A DNA stretch of 64,000 nucleotides. Origin: Staphylococcus phage VB_SavM_JYL01. Shown one piece after another: positions 50,057 to 58,536 of this stretch (position 1 is the first letter of the stretch; the number at the start of each line of letters is the position of its first letter). The translations under genes and the position numbers were made by a program. The DNA lies in sequence record MH159197.1; one strand, written 5' to 3'. The notes beneath the pieces were generated by a model. That model was given only the letters and a program-made list of their open reading frames with translations. It made no database searches and was not told the DNA's origin.

Positions 50057-50371
50057 ATGCAAGCAACTATATACTGTGCTAATAGGTATAGTAAAAATAC
50101 ATTAAAGAGTCTTTTAGAAAAATTAGAAGCGGAGAATAGAAACTTAACATATAGTACTGACATATCAGATATGGAGGAAGTGGATGTTATTGTACAACAC
50201 ACTGACTTATCTTTTGCAGAGTTAATGGATTCTTGTGATAGAGTAAGTAAAGGGTCTGACCGCTTCCAAGTATTTGTAGGTAATCACGCAGGGTATTATA
50301 TAAACGGTGATTTATATATTAACGAAGTAGGTAAGTTTATTGTACCTAGGAAAACGAATATGATGATGTAA
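50057..50371 (+). CDS. paralog family A-like protein
   Basis: ATG 50057 after aaaaggagga; the ORF-track N-extension (49973) is unlikely. Confidence 0.55.
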   Translation: MQATIYCANRYSKNTLKSLLEKLEAENRNLTYSTDISDMEEVDVIVQHTDLSFAELMDSCDRVSKGSDRFQVFVGNHAGYYINGDLYINEVGKFIVPRKTNMMM

Positions 50372-50383
50372 GGAGGAAATATA

Positions 50384-50674
50384 ATGATTCATATATTTGT
50401 AAAAGAGGATTATAATAAAGAAACATTAAGGAGTTTACTTGAATATATTAATGATACTGTAGGTAGGGAATTAACTTATGGTATTAATACAGACTATGAT
50501 AAGGATGTAGTGATTGAAACCGATGACCCTATAGATGAGGAGAATACGATTGATTTATCAAATCTTCCTCACTTTAAAGATGACTTATGTATTCTTATAG
50601 AAGAATTATACTGTAAGGCATTTGTTAATGGGGAACCTATTATTATACGTAAGTATGTAGAGGGGATGTTATAA
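50384..50674 (+). CDS. paralog family A member
   Basis: MIHIFVKEDYNKETLRSLLEYINDTVGRELTYG... Confidence 0.6.
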   Translation: MIHIFVKEDYNKETLRSLLEYINDTVGRELTYGINTDYDKDVVIETDDPIDEENTIDLSNLPHFKDDLCILIEELYCKAFVNGEPIIIRKYVEGML

Positions 50675-50961
50675 TGATTATAATATTTTTAACTGAAAAA
50701 TATGATGCCAAGGCTTTAAAGAAAGTATTAGAACATATTGATAATTGTAGTAGCAGAGGTCTTAGCTATTTAATGGGAAAAGGAGAAGCGGATGTATGTA
50801 TAGAGAAGAATGTATTCAGAGAAAGAGATGATGTAAGGATTAACTCAAACATTATTGATGAAGGTAAACTTTGTATACTCATAAATAAAAATGGTTTAGA
50901 ATGTAGTTACTATAGAGGTGTATCATGTAATATTGGTGCCTTTGTAAAGGAGAGATTATAA
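50674..50961 (+). CDS. paralog family A member
   Basis: MIIIFLTEKYDAKALKKVLEHIDNCSSRGLSY...; ATGA overlap. Confidence 0.6.
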   Translation: MIIIFLTEKYDAKALKKVLEHIDNCSSRGLSYLMGKGEADVCIEKNVFRERDDVRINSNIIDEGKLCILINKNGLECSYYRGVSCNIGAFVKERL

Positions 50962-51254
50962 TGATAGAAATATATCTCAGTGAAAACTATGATAGGGATT
51001 TACTCAAAGCAGAATTAAAATGGATTAAAGAGACCGCTTCAAGAGAACTAACTTATGATGTTAATAGAAGCCCAGGATTAGATGTACATATTAGTCCTTT
51101 TAGATATACCAAGGATGAGGTTGAAGAAATGAGCTTACATCCTCAGTTTGAAGATGATGTATGTGTATTTATAGCTGAAACATGGATACATGAGTATCGT
51201 AATGGTAAATCAATAGGTGTAGATAGTATGGAAGAATATGTAAAGGAGATGTAA
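50961..51254 (+). CDS. paralog family A member
   Basis: MIEIYLSENYDRDLLKAELKWIKETASRELTY...; ATGA overlap. Confidence 0.6.
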   Translation: MIEIYLSENYDRDLLKAELKWIKETASRELTYDVNRSPGLDVHISPFRYTKDEVEEMSLHPQFEDDVCVFIAETWIHEYRNGKSIGVDSMEEYVKEM

Positions 51255-51257
51255 TTA

Positions 51258-51506
51258 ATGGTAGAAACTTATTATACAGTATATCATAAGAATAGTATGA
51301 AAACTATTAAGGATTACTTAAGTAGAAGTGATTTAATTGACTTCTTATATAAGACTTGGCATAAGGATATAAGTAATATATACCCAACAGATTATACTAC
51401 GTATGAAACAAAATTCTGTATAGACATAGATGTAGTTAGATTAATTGAAGCGGTTAATGAAGAAGGTGTATTACTTATTAATGAAGGTAATATTGTAGAG
51501 TGGTAG
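51258..51506 (+). CDS. paralog family B member
   Basis: TYxVYHK...KxxxxxL.....L...M pattern shared with 51519 and 51870. Confidence 0.55.
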   Translation: MVETYYTVYHKNSMKTIKDYLSRSDLIDFLYKTWHKDISNIYPTDYTTYETKFCIDIDVVRLIEAVNEEGVLLINEGNIVEW

Positions 51507-51518
51507 GAGGAGATAAAT

Positions 51519-51758
51519 ATGAGTCAGTTTTTCACGTATACAGTGTATCATACAGAAACAGCTAAAGTAGTAGCTAAGAATTTGTTTGATGCATCATTGG
51601 TGCACCTTATTAACAAGATGATAGAGAAAGATATAGTTAAGGATATTAATTTAGAATATTACATGAATACACGTGGTGTAGTTATAGATATGAGTAGACT
51701 ACTGGATGATATAGAATCACAGGGTGTATTTCTATTCAAACGTAAGCTACATGGATAA
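51519..51758 (+). CDS. paralog family B member
   Basis: MSQFFTYTVYHTETAKVVAKNLFDASLVHLINKMIEKDIVKDI... Confidence 0.6.
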   Translation: MSQFFTYTVYHTETAKVVAKNLFDASLVHLINKMIEKDIVKDINLEYYMNTRGVVIDMSRLLDDIESQGVFLFKRKLHG

Positions 51759-51869
51759 TAGGTTAGACCCTAAAAAGTTTGAGATACAATAGGATGCTTA
51801 GGATAATAGGATAAAAATAACTTAGGATGCTTAGGATGAAATACGATACGATAGGGAGGTTAAGTTAAG

Positions 51870-52109
51870 ATGCAAGAGTTAATAACTTATATAATTTACC
51901 ATAAAGAATCAGGTAAAGTAGTAGCACAGGATTTAAGTGAATTAGAAACTATTGAACTTATATACAAAATGATAGAAGAGGGATTAGTAAAAGATATAGA
52001 ATTATCTAACTACCGTCTTTTTAGTGGGAATATAGATATACTTAACTTATTAGTAGACATACGTAAACAAGGTATATTTGATTTTGAACATACTTGGCAC
52101 ACAAGATAA
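51870..52109 (+). CDS. paralog family B member
   Basis: MQELITYIIYHKESGKVVAQDLSELETIELIYKMIEEGLVKDI... Confidence 0.6.
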   Translation: MQELITYIIYHKESGKVVAQDLSELETIELIYKMIEEGLVKDIELSNYRLFSGNIDILNLLVDIRKQGIFDFEHTWHTR

Positions 52110-52120
52110 GGAGGGATAGG

Positions 52121-52465
52121 ATGATAGTTATATATTCAGATGAGTCTAGGGATTACTTAAGAGATGAGTTCTTACCTTGGCTTAATGATAGAGATAGATA
52201 TTTAAAATATTATAAGAATGAGTTACCTGAAGATATAGACTCTTCTTATGTTGTATCAGTTGTATACTGTAGGGATATGGAAGGTCTTATGAATAGGAAA
52301 GATATTCTTATTGGTAATAGTTATAGAGAGCCTGTAGCTGTATTAGGTGTTCCTGAATTTTTTGGTAACTATTCTAATTATTACTATTATAAAGGAGAGC
52401 ATATAAGTAAGCATGACCTAGGAGAGATAATTAGGTTAAAGGCTTGGCAACGTAATTTTGACTAA
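52121..52465 (+). CDS. hypothetical protein
   Basis: ATG 52121 after aaggaggg; the ORF-track start was a TTG. Confidence 0.5.
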   Translation: MIVIYSDESRDYLRDEFLPWLNDRDRYLKYYKNELPEDIDSSYVVSVVYCRDMEGLMNRKDILIGNSYREPVAVLGVPEFFGNYSNYYYYKGEHISKHDLGEIIRLKAWQRNFD

Positions 52466-52543
52466 GTAGCTCTCTCTAATTTCACTAAGTAGCTCCCTAG
52501 GAATTGCCTAAGTAGCTCGGTGTGATTTTACCCTAAGTAGCTC
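52462..52543 (+). repeat. four direct copies of CTAAGTAGCTC at 23-25 bp spacing
   Basis: Copies at 52462, 52485, 52508, 52533; a degenerate copy TAAGTAGCTCC at 48845. Confidence 0.8.
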
Positions 52544-52949
52544 CCTCTGTTTTCTATTAGTTTATTTTAACCGCTTCACGTGTCTATATATAGACAATCG
52601 GAATAATAGCAGACCGCAAAAAGAAATACACTAGGATATTATTCCCAGTGTATTGTATAATTTTTTTATATAATATTTGTAGAAGCGGTTGGGGTTTGTC
52701 CCTTGCCTTACTACACTTAATATATTACAGTATAGTTATTCAGAAGTCAATACTTTTGAGTAACTTTTTTTTAAATTCTTTTTTCTTCTATATAATAGTA
52801 GTTTTTAGCCCTAAAAAAAGTTTTTTAAAAGAATTTACATTTTCTTATTGACTTATTAATCATATGATAGTAATATAAAGGTACAGCAAGAGAACAGCAA
52901 CAAGGTATTAGAATTATATAAAAAAATTATTTAATTGGAGATGATTTAA

Positions 52950-53258
52950 ATGGATGTAAAAGAAATTGCAGACACTATAATGGAGTTGTGGCAAATGGAC
53001 GGATACAGATGTACAGAACCGCCATTATATGAAAGCACATTAAACCACACACGCACATACACGGCTTTAATTGTAAGCATTAAAGGTAATTACGACACTG
53101 TTCAAATGTTCCGTAAAACGCCTATAATGAGCATGAGAGGGCAAAGCCAACCGGCTAGCATGTTAGTAAATGTAATTGATGACGTGATTATAATCGTATA
53201 TGAAAATACGGTTTACGGGGTACAGAATAAAGAAATAAAATTTATTGAAGAAATTTAA
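52950..53258 (+). CDS. hypothetical protein
   Basis: ORF track; leader GGAGATGATTTAAATG. Confidence 0.55.
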   Translation: MDVKEIADTIMELWQMDGYRCTEPPLYESTLNHTRTYTALIVSIKGNYDTVQMFRKTPIMSMRGQSQPASMLVNVIDDVIIIVYENTVYGVQNKEIKFIEEI

Positions 53259-53357
53259 AAATAGGGGTTGCAATACCCCTTAAGATGTAGTAATATAATA
53301 GATGTAAGGGATAGCAACACACCTTAAAAAACTTTTTAAAAAAGTTAAAGAAAAGTG

Positions 53358-53386
53358 TTGACACCTTACAAGATACATGTTAATAT
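53358..53386 (+). promoter_or_regulatory. promoter TTGACA-17-TAATAT (TGT-extended)
   Basis: Same -10 context tgttaatatt as the promoters at 54671 and 56591. Confidence 0.6.
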
Positions 53387-53463
53387 TAGTATAGAAGTTA
53401 AGACAAGCCACATAGCAAATAACGAAATTAAATAAAAAAATTATAGAATAGGATTTGATTATT

Positions 53464-53751
53464 ATGACAAACAAAAATTACTTATACGAAGAAACTCACA
53501 CAGTACAAGGGCAAGATATTACGGCTTTCAGAATTCCAAATGACACAAACGGCAACCCACGTTATGTAGTGCATTTCATGGATTTAGACATTAAACTAGC
53601 AGACTATGACAACATCAATAAGCTATACGGATTTAAAAAATATACTGCTAAATGGTTTGGCGGTGGTGTAGTATTCCAAAGCTATAATATTGAAGATACA
53701 TTAAATTACGCACTATCTAATGTTAAAGAAATAGAAGCGGTTAAGAATTAA
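53464..53751 (+). CDS. hypothetical protein
   Basis: Promoter 53358-53386; leader GGATTTGATTATTATG; hairpin 53734-53760 at the stop. Confidence 0.55.
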   Translation: MTNKNYLYEETHTVQGQDITAFRIPNDTNGNPRYVVHFMDLDIKLADYDNINKLYGFKKYTAKWFGGGVVFQSYNIEDTLNYALSNVKEIEAVKN

Positions 53752-53800
53752 AACCGCTTCTGAATTAAATAAAAAAATTATATAAAAAGGGTATGATATT

Positions 53801-53992
53801 ATGAAATTTAAAATAGAAAAAAATAACAGTGATATAAAAACTTTATGGAATTTAGCTAAAAATGGATATATGAGTTATCAAACTGTACACAATATATTTA
53901 AAAATGAATCAGATGAATTTATTATATTTAACAGTAAACAAACTTATAATAAATTTATGGAATTAAGATATAATAGAAGTGCAATTCAATAG
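53801..53992 (+). CDS. hypothetical protein
   Basis: ORF track; terminator 54012-54045 follows. Confidence 0.5.
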   Translation: MKFKIEKNNSDIKTLWNLAKNGYMSYQTVHNIFKNESDEFIIFNSKQTYNKFMELRYNRSAIQ

Positions 53993-54011
53993 TATAAAAA
54001 AGTTATATAAT

Positions 54012-54045
54012 TCCCTAGGATTAAATTCCTAGGGATTTTTATTTG
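54012..54045 (+). terminator. intrinsic terminator
   Basis: tccctagga-ttaaat-tcctaggga + ttttt. Confidence 0.6.
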
Positions 54046-54099
54046 TTTTAATTTATATAAAAAAATTATTTAATAAATAAATTAGTGTAAAATTGACTG

Positions 54100-54129
54100 T
54101 TGACAAGAATATATTTTTTATGGTATAAT
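54100..54129 (+). promoter_or_regulatory. promoter TTGACA-(17/18)-TATAAT heading a non-coding cassette
   Basis: ttgaca 54100-54105; ggtataatg. Confidence 0.55.
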
Positions 54130-54508
54130 GAAGTGAAGACCTTTTTTAGTATAAAAAAATTATTATATAAAAAAATTATATAAAAAAGTTTAGTTCCGGT
54201 CTTTCTCCCCACCTTGTCATATTTATAGTGGAAGGGTTAGGCGGGTTACCACTGTTTTACTTTCTATATATAGTATACTATGAATAATGGTAATTGTCAA
54301 CACCTTTCAGAAACTTTTTTTACTTTATTTTATTATTATATAAAAAAATTATACATATTTTAGGGCTCCACTTCCATTATATAATAATTCGGTCTTAATG
54401 TCAATACTTTTATTCAAAAAAGTTTTTTAAATTAGTTTCAACAAATCTATTGACTTATGTTTATTTCTATAGTAATATATAGTTATACCAACAAGGGAGG
54501 CAATACAA

Positions 54509-54667
54509 ATGCTAAAATTTAAATGGAAAAACAAAACAATCAAATCAACTCAAAAAACGGATAACATTCTTTTACTTCTTATAGGTGGTTTAGTTGCAAC
54601 AGTCACACCTAAACTTGTAAACTGGTTTTTACTACTACAAGATAATATAAATATTTTTTTAAGATAA
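54509..54667 (+). CDS. 52-aa membrane micro-protein, not in ORF track
   Basis: aagggagg 8 nt upstream of ATG 54509; promoter ttgact...taatat upstream. Confidence 0.45.
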   Translation: MLKFKWKNKTIKSTQKTDNILLLLIGGLVATVTPKLVNWFLLLQDNINIFLR

Positions 54668-54670
54668 CTA

Positions 54671-54699
54671 TTGACAACTTAGAAACAACGTGTTAATAT
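54671..54699 (+). promoter_or_regulatory. promoter TTGACA-17-TAATAT; transcript begins with a GGAAGCGG-ttga-CCGCTTCC hairpin
   Basis: ttgaca 54671-54676; taatat 54694-54699; hairpin 54716-54735. Confidence 0.6.
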
Positions 54700-54765
54700 T
54701 AAGATACAAGGTAAGGGAAGCGGTTGACCGCTTCCGACCTAAATAAAAAAAGTTTAAAAAAACTA

Positions 54766-54794
54766 TTGACAGTCACTTGAAACCATGATATTAT
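54766..54794 (+). promoter_or_regulatory. second tandem promoter TTGACA-17-TATTAT
   Basis: ttgaca 54766-54771. Confidence 0.5.
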
Positions 54795-54833
54795 TAAGAT
54801 AACAAAAAACAAACAGAAAAGGAATTGATTATA

Positions 54834-55157
54834 ATGAAATTTATCAAAACTATCGAAAACTTATTAGAAAAAGCAGAAAACAAAGGGCAAGCAATTTTAA
54901 ACGGTCGTTACTTTGATGGGTATAGCAAAGGTGAGCTTGAGGAAAAATATGCAATTGAAATTGATGGCAACAAATTGATTATGCGTCACTGGGGTACACA
55001 AACAATTGAGATTGATTTAAGCATAAATGAGATTGTTTCATATTACGGTGAAAGCAATTCAGACCGTGACAGTTTAAACACACTTGTATATTGCTTAGGA
55101 ATTGCGCCAAACTTTAGATACTTACCAAGCAAAAACTTATTCATTTACGAAAATTAA
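54834..55157 (+). CDS. hypothetical protein
   Basis: Tandem promoters 54671-54699 and 54766-54794; leader GGAATTGATTATAATG. Confidence 0.55.
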   Translation: MKFIKTIENLLEKAENKGQAILNGRYFDGYSKGELEEKYAIEIDGNKLIMRHWGTQTIEIDLSINEIVSYYGESNSDRDSLNTLVYCLGIAPNFRYLPSKNLFIYEN

Positions 55158-55256
55158 TTAAATAAAGGGCTTGACTTCCAAGCCCTACCATGTTATTATT
55201 AAATTGTAAGGTAATCAAGCACAACGACAAAATAAACTGAAAAGGGATTGATGAAA

Positions 55257-55763
55257 ATGACAAATAATAAGGATTTTAATAAAAATTTCTTAAGACTACT
55301 AAAAGTTAAAAATGTAAATGACAAAAGGGTGCAAGGTTTCATAAACAAGCATGACATTAAACTTAAAGACAAAGAAGAAAGCTCACAAGGATATGTTAAC
55401 GTATTATATAAGGGTTATGACTTTGTAATATCAAAAGACTATGCAGGTCAAACGGCGTTATATGTTAACATGCGTAATTTAGGGGTTGACTACAAACATT
55501 TTAAACATTTAGATTTTAATAATATTGTTCAAGCGTTAGACAGAAAAAATAATAATCGTGTTGAATGTAAGGAAACAAAAACACAACAATATAAAGAATT
55601 TAAACACCGTCAAAAGACAGAAAAAGAAATGTTAACATACTATGAAAAGGATATCGAAAAGCTAAAAGAAGAACTGGAACGAACACAAAAAATCTACAAT
55701 GATAAAATAAAGAAAATAGAAAATTACGATAAAAAAATATCTAGACTAAAAAAATCAAAATAA
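55257..55763 (+). CDS. hypothetical Lys-rich coiled-coil protein
   Basis: Leader GGGATTGATGAAAATG; start could also be 55251. Confidence 0.5.
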   Translation: MTNNKDFNKNFLRLLKVKNVNDKRVQGFINKHDIKLKDKEESSQGYVNVLYKGYDFVISKDYAGQTALYVNMRNLGVDYKHFKHLDFNNIVQALDRKNNNRVECKETKTQQYKEFKHRQKTEKEMLTYYEKDIEKLKEELERTQKIYNDKIKKIENYDKKISRLKKSK

Positions 55764-55832
55764 GGCTTGACACTTTCAAGCCCTCATGATATACTTAGTA
55801 TAACAAATCAAAAAGAAAAGGAATTGATGAAA

Positions 55833-56213
55833 ATGTTCAAATTACAAAATAAAGTGGAAATTATCGTACCTAAGGAAGATAACAACGGCGTTGAGATTGC
55901 AGACAAACGTATTAAAGAATATGTAAATAGCATCACAATGGAAGCGGGTGGTTGTACTATTACAGAAATCAAAGGGCAATGGTACTCAGAAGATGAAAAA
56001 CGTATAATGGAAGATAACAACTTAAATCTTGAGTGGTACTACATGCAAGACAGTGCCAAATTCATGACAGTTGAATTAAAAGGCATTGTAAGACGTTTAA
56101 TTGAAGTTTACGGACAAGAAGCAATAAGCATTAAAGTTAACGGCACATTGTACATTGTAGACCAATCAGACATTGAAGAATTACACACAACATTATTAAA
56201 TATCATGAAATAA
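55833..56213 (+). CDS. hypothetical protein
   Basis: Leader GGAATTGATGAAAATG; start could also be 55827; terminator 56226-56266 follows. Confidence 0.5.
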   Translation: MFKLQNKVEIIVPKEDNNGVEIADKRIKEYVNSITMEAGGCTITEIKGQWYSEDEKRIMEDNNLNLEWYYMQDSAKFMTVELKGIVRRLIEVYGQEAISIKVNGTLYIVDQSDIEELHTTLLNIMK

Positions 56214-56225
56214 AAAATTTATATA

Positions 56226-56266
56226 AACCGCTTCGGATTAAATTCTTGAAGTGGTTATTTTCTTTT
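56226..56266 (+). terminator. intrinsic terminator (stem built on a CCGCTTC element)
   Basis: aaccgcttc-(13 nt)-gaagtggtt + attttcttttaaat. Confidence 0.55.
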
Positions 56267-56590
56267 AAATTAGTGCTTGACAAATGTACTAAAAAATGAG
56301 ATAATGAAGTGAACGCATTTTTTAGTATAAAAATAATATTATATAAAAAAATTATATAAATGAATTTATTTCAGGTCTTTCCCGTAACCCCTCTTGGGCT
56401 ACCCTGGTATCTCTACAATTATTATTATACTATAGGTCATGAAGATTGTCAATAACTTTCTTCAAAATAATTTATTTAAAAAAGTTTCATAAATCTATTG
56501 ACTTACTATTAATTATGGTGTAATATATAGATATAAGGTTAAGGAAGCGGAACACCTAAAAAAGAAATTAAAAAAACTTTTAAAAAGGTG

Positions 56591-56619
56591 TTGACAAACT
56601 TCAAACCACATGTTAATAT
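56591..56619 (+). promoter_or_regulatory. promoter TTGACA-17-TAATAT
   Basis: ttgaca 56591-56596; taatat 56614-56619. Confidence 0.6.
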
Positions 56620-56655
56620 TAAGATAACAAATAAAACAAAAAGGAATTGATAATT

Positions 56656-56877
56656 ATGAACAGATTAGAAATAATAAAAGACACGGCAATGGAATACATC
56701 ATTATGATGGATAACGGAGTTATGGACGGACAATTGACACAAGAAGAATACAACGAAGCGGTTAGCTTTGAAAAGGTTTACGATTACACTTTATCAGAAG
56801 CAAATCAAGAATGTAAATTCTTAGGCGGTAAAATTTTAACTTTCCTAGTACATGAAGCAATTGAAGAATACGCATAA
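56656..56877 (+). CDS. hypothetical protein
   Basis: Promoter 56591-56619; leader GGAATTGATAATTATG. Confidence 0.55.
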   Translation: MNRLEIIKDTAMEYIIMMDNGVMDGQLTQEEYNEAVSFEKVYDYTLSEANQECKFLGGKILTFLVHEAIEEYA

Positions 56878-56958
56878 AAAAACTTAATCAAAGGGGTTGA
56901 CATTCAACCCCTTACCATGTTAATATTAATATATACCAAATGAGAGGAATTGATAATT

Positions 56959-57096
56959 ATGAGATACGAAATCGTAACATTAGTTAATGGAGAATTATTC
57001 ATGTTTGCAACATTTAAGAAAGCAGAGGCAGAAAATAAATATCAAGAATGGTGTGACTTGTACGGTCAAGAAAATGTAAGCATGGAAAAAAATTAA
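56959..57096 (+). CDS. 45-aa protein, not in ORF track
   Basis: Promoter gttgacattcaacccctt...taatat; leader GGAATTGATAATTATG; stop 57094-57096. Confidence 0.45.
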   Translation: MRYEIVTLVNGELFMFATFKKAEAENKYQEWCDLYGQENVSMEKN

Positions 57097-57166
57097 AATA
57101 AGGGGTTGACACTTAACCCCTTAGATGTTATTATTAATATATACTAAAGAAAAGGAAATGATAAAA

Positions 57167-57403
57167 ATGAAATTATTAAACCAAGAAAATGAAATCGTAA
57201 AAGAAATGGTAACTTTTAGAGACGTAAAACAAGCCCTAATTTGGGAATACATCGACCACATAGATAATAACATCCTAAACAATGAAATTCATGACACAGA
57301 AGCGGTTGTGGTTACTTCTGAGACTCTACAATCAATCAAATTTGCAGACACTATGGAAGACCTGCAGGAATACATTGCAGATATCAATTGGAAATTAGTT
57401 TAA
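57167..57403 (+). CDS. hypothetical protein
   Basis: Promoter gttgacacttaacccctt...tattat; leader GGAAATGATAAAAATG. Confidence 0.5.
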   Translation: MKLLNQENEIVKEMVTFRDVKQALIWEYIDHIDNNILNNEIHDTEAVVVTSETLQSIKFADTMEDLQEYIADINWKLV

Positions 57404-57497
57404 AAAAAGTTTTAAATAACTGTTGACACCTTAGCAAATAGATGGTAATATAAGAGTATAAAGAAAAACAAAAAAAAACGAAAAGGATTTGATTATA

Positions 57498-57842
57498 ATG
57501 ACAAACTTACTAAACACTATTGAGATGGATTTTGAATACTATGGAGTACAATTTGAAAATGGATGGAAACACAATGCCTACACTGTAGAGCTAACACATA
57601 ATGGAGTTACCGAAGAATTTGACTGGAAACAAGGAATAGGAATTCACGAAGAGCCTGAACTAGAAAGCATCTTAGAAAGCTTAATGCTAGATATTCATTA
57701 CTATGAAGAAGATATTTATTCAATGTATGAGGACGAAGAACAGGCAGAAAAAATAATTGAGAAGTTAGAAGAACAAACTAAAAAGGTAAATAAACTATTT
57801 ACAGATGAGGAACAAGCAGACCTAGTTGAATACTTTGAATAG
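57498..57842 (+). CDS. hypothetical acidic protein
   Basis: Promoter ttgacacc...ggtaatat; leader GGATTTGATTATAATG; palindrome hairpin 57867-57890 after the stop. Confidence 0.55.
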   Translation: MTNLLNTIEMDFEYYGVQFENGWKHNAYTVELTHNGVTEEFDWKQGIGIHEEPELESILESLMLDIHYYEEDIYSMYEDEEQAEKIIEKLEEQTKKVNKLFTDEEQADLVEYFE

Positions 57843-57916
57843 TATCAGGAAACACACAGAGACCCACAGAAGCGGATTAATCCGCTTCTAATATAATTAA
57901 TCAGGAGATGTTAAAG

Positions 57917-58081
57917 ATGACAATTAAAGAGGTTATAAGCCAATTAGAATTAGTAGAAAATAAAGAACTTGAATTGTACGTATGCGACAAGGAAAATAAT
58001 AACATTTCAATTAATGATATTATTTTGTTCGATAGTGAAGCAGAGCACACAGAAAACAACCCACTAGGGATTAATTATTAG
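57917..58081 (+). CDS. 54-aa protein, not in ORF track
   Basis: Leader GGAGATGTTAAAGATG; stop TAG 58079-58081. Confidence 0.4.
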   Translation: MTIKEVISQLELVENKELELYVCDKENNNISINDIILFDSEAEHTENNPLGINY

Positions 58082-58093
58082 GAGATGTTGAAC

Positions 58094-58267
58094 ATGAACA
58101 CAAGAAGGGTAAACAAAGCGTTAAACGAAGCAGTTAGATTATTAGACAAGCAAATAGCAGACACACAGAAAACAATGCAGGAGTTAAATAAACAACTAGA
58201 ACAACAGATAAAAGCTAAGCAGGAGCTAATGACATTAGTTGATGCTATGACTGGTGATGATGAGTAA
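58094..58267 (+). CDS. small coiled-coil protein
   Basis: Leader GGAGATGTTGAACATG; ORF-track frame from 58085. Confidence 0.45.
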   Translation: MNTRRVNKALNEAVRLLDKQIADTQKTMQELNKQLEQQIKAKQELMTLVDAMTGDDE

Positions 58268-58536
58268 TGAACGTTAGAGAGGTTCATGATGTCGTTAAGA
58301 GTGCAAAGAGCAAACTCCTGCAGGAGCAGAATAATATTAATAATGTAATGATATATGAATACATCACAGAAGAGCTTCACAGACGCACACAGAGAAGCGG
58401 AACAATACAGATGAACAATAACACCGCTTCATATAGTAATGGCTCATATGGTAGCTTAGAAGAGCTTAGAGAAGCTTATGACCTCTCTTCTCTATCTACT
58501 GATGAGATTAAAGAACTACTTGAAACATTTGTTTAA
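58267..58536 (+). CDS. hypothetical protein
   Basis: ORF track; ATGA overlap. Confidence 0.5.
   Translation: MNVREVHDVVKSAKSKLLQEQNNINNVMIYEYITEELHRRTQRSGTIQMNNNTASYSNGSYGSLEELREAYDLSSLSTDEIKELLETFV

Noticed and set aside
52462-52543. Possible CRISPR array (CTAAGTAGCTC direct repeats)
   Set aside because: Repeats are only 11 bp with 12-14 bp gaps and only four copies; no cas genes; the genome is viral.
52648-52851. ORF-track CDS in the 480-bp spacer
   Set aside because: Low-complexity translation, no SD, and it sits on top of promoter-like and repeat elements. It is more likely non-coding.
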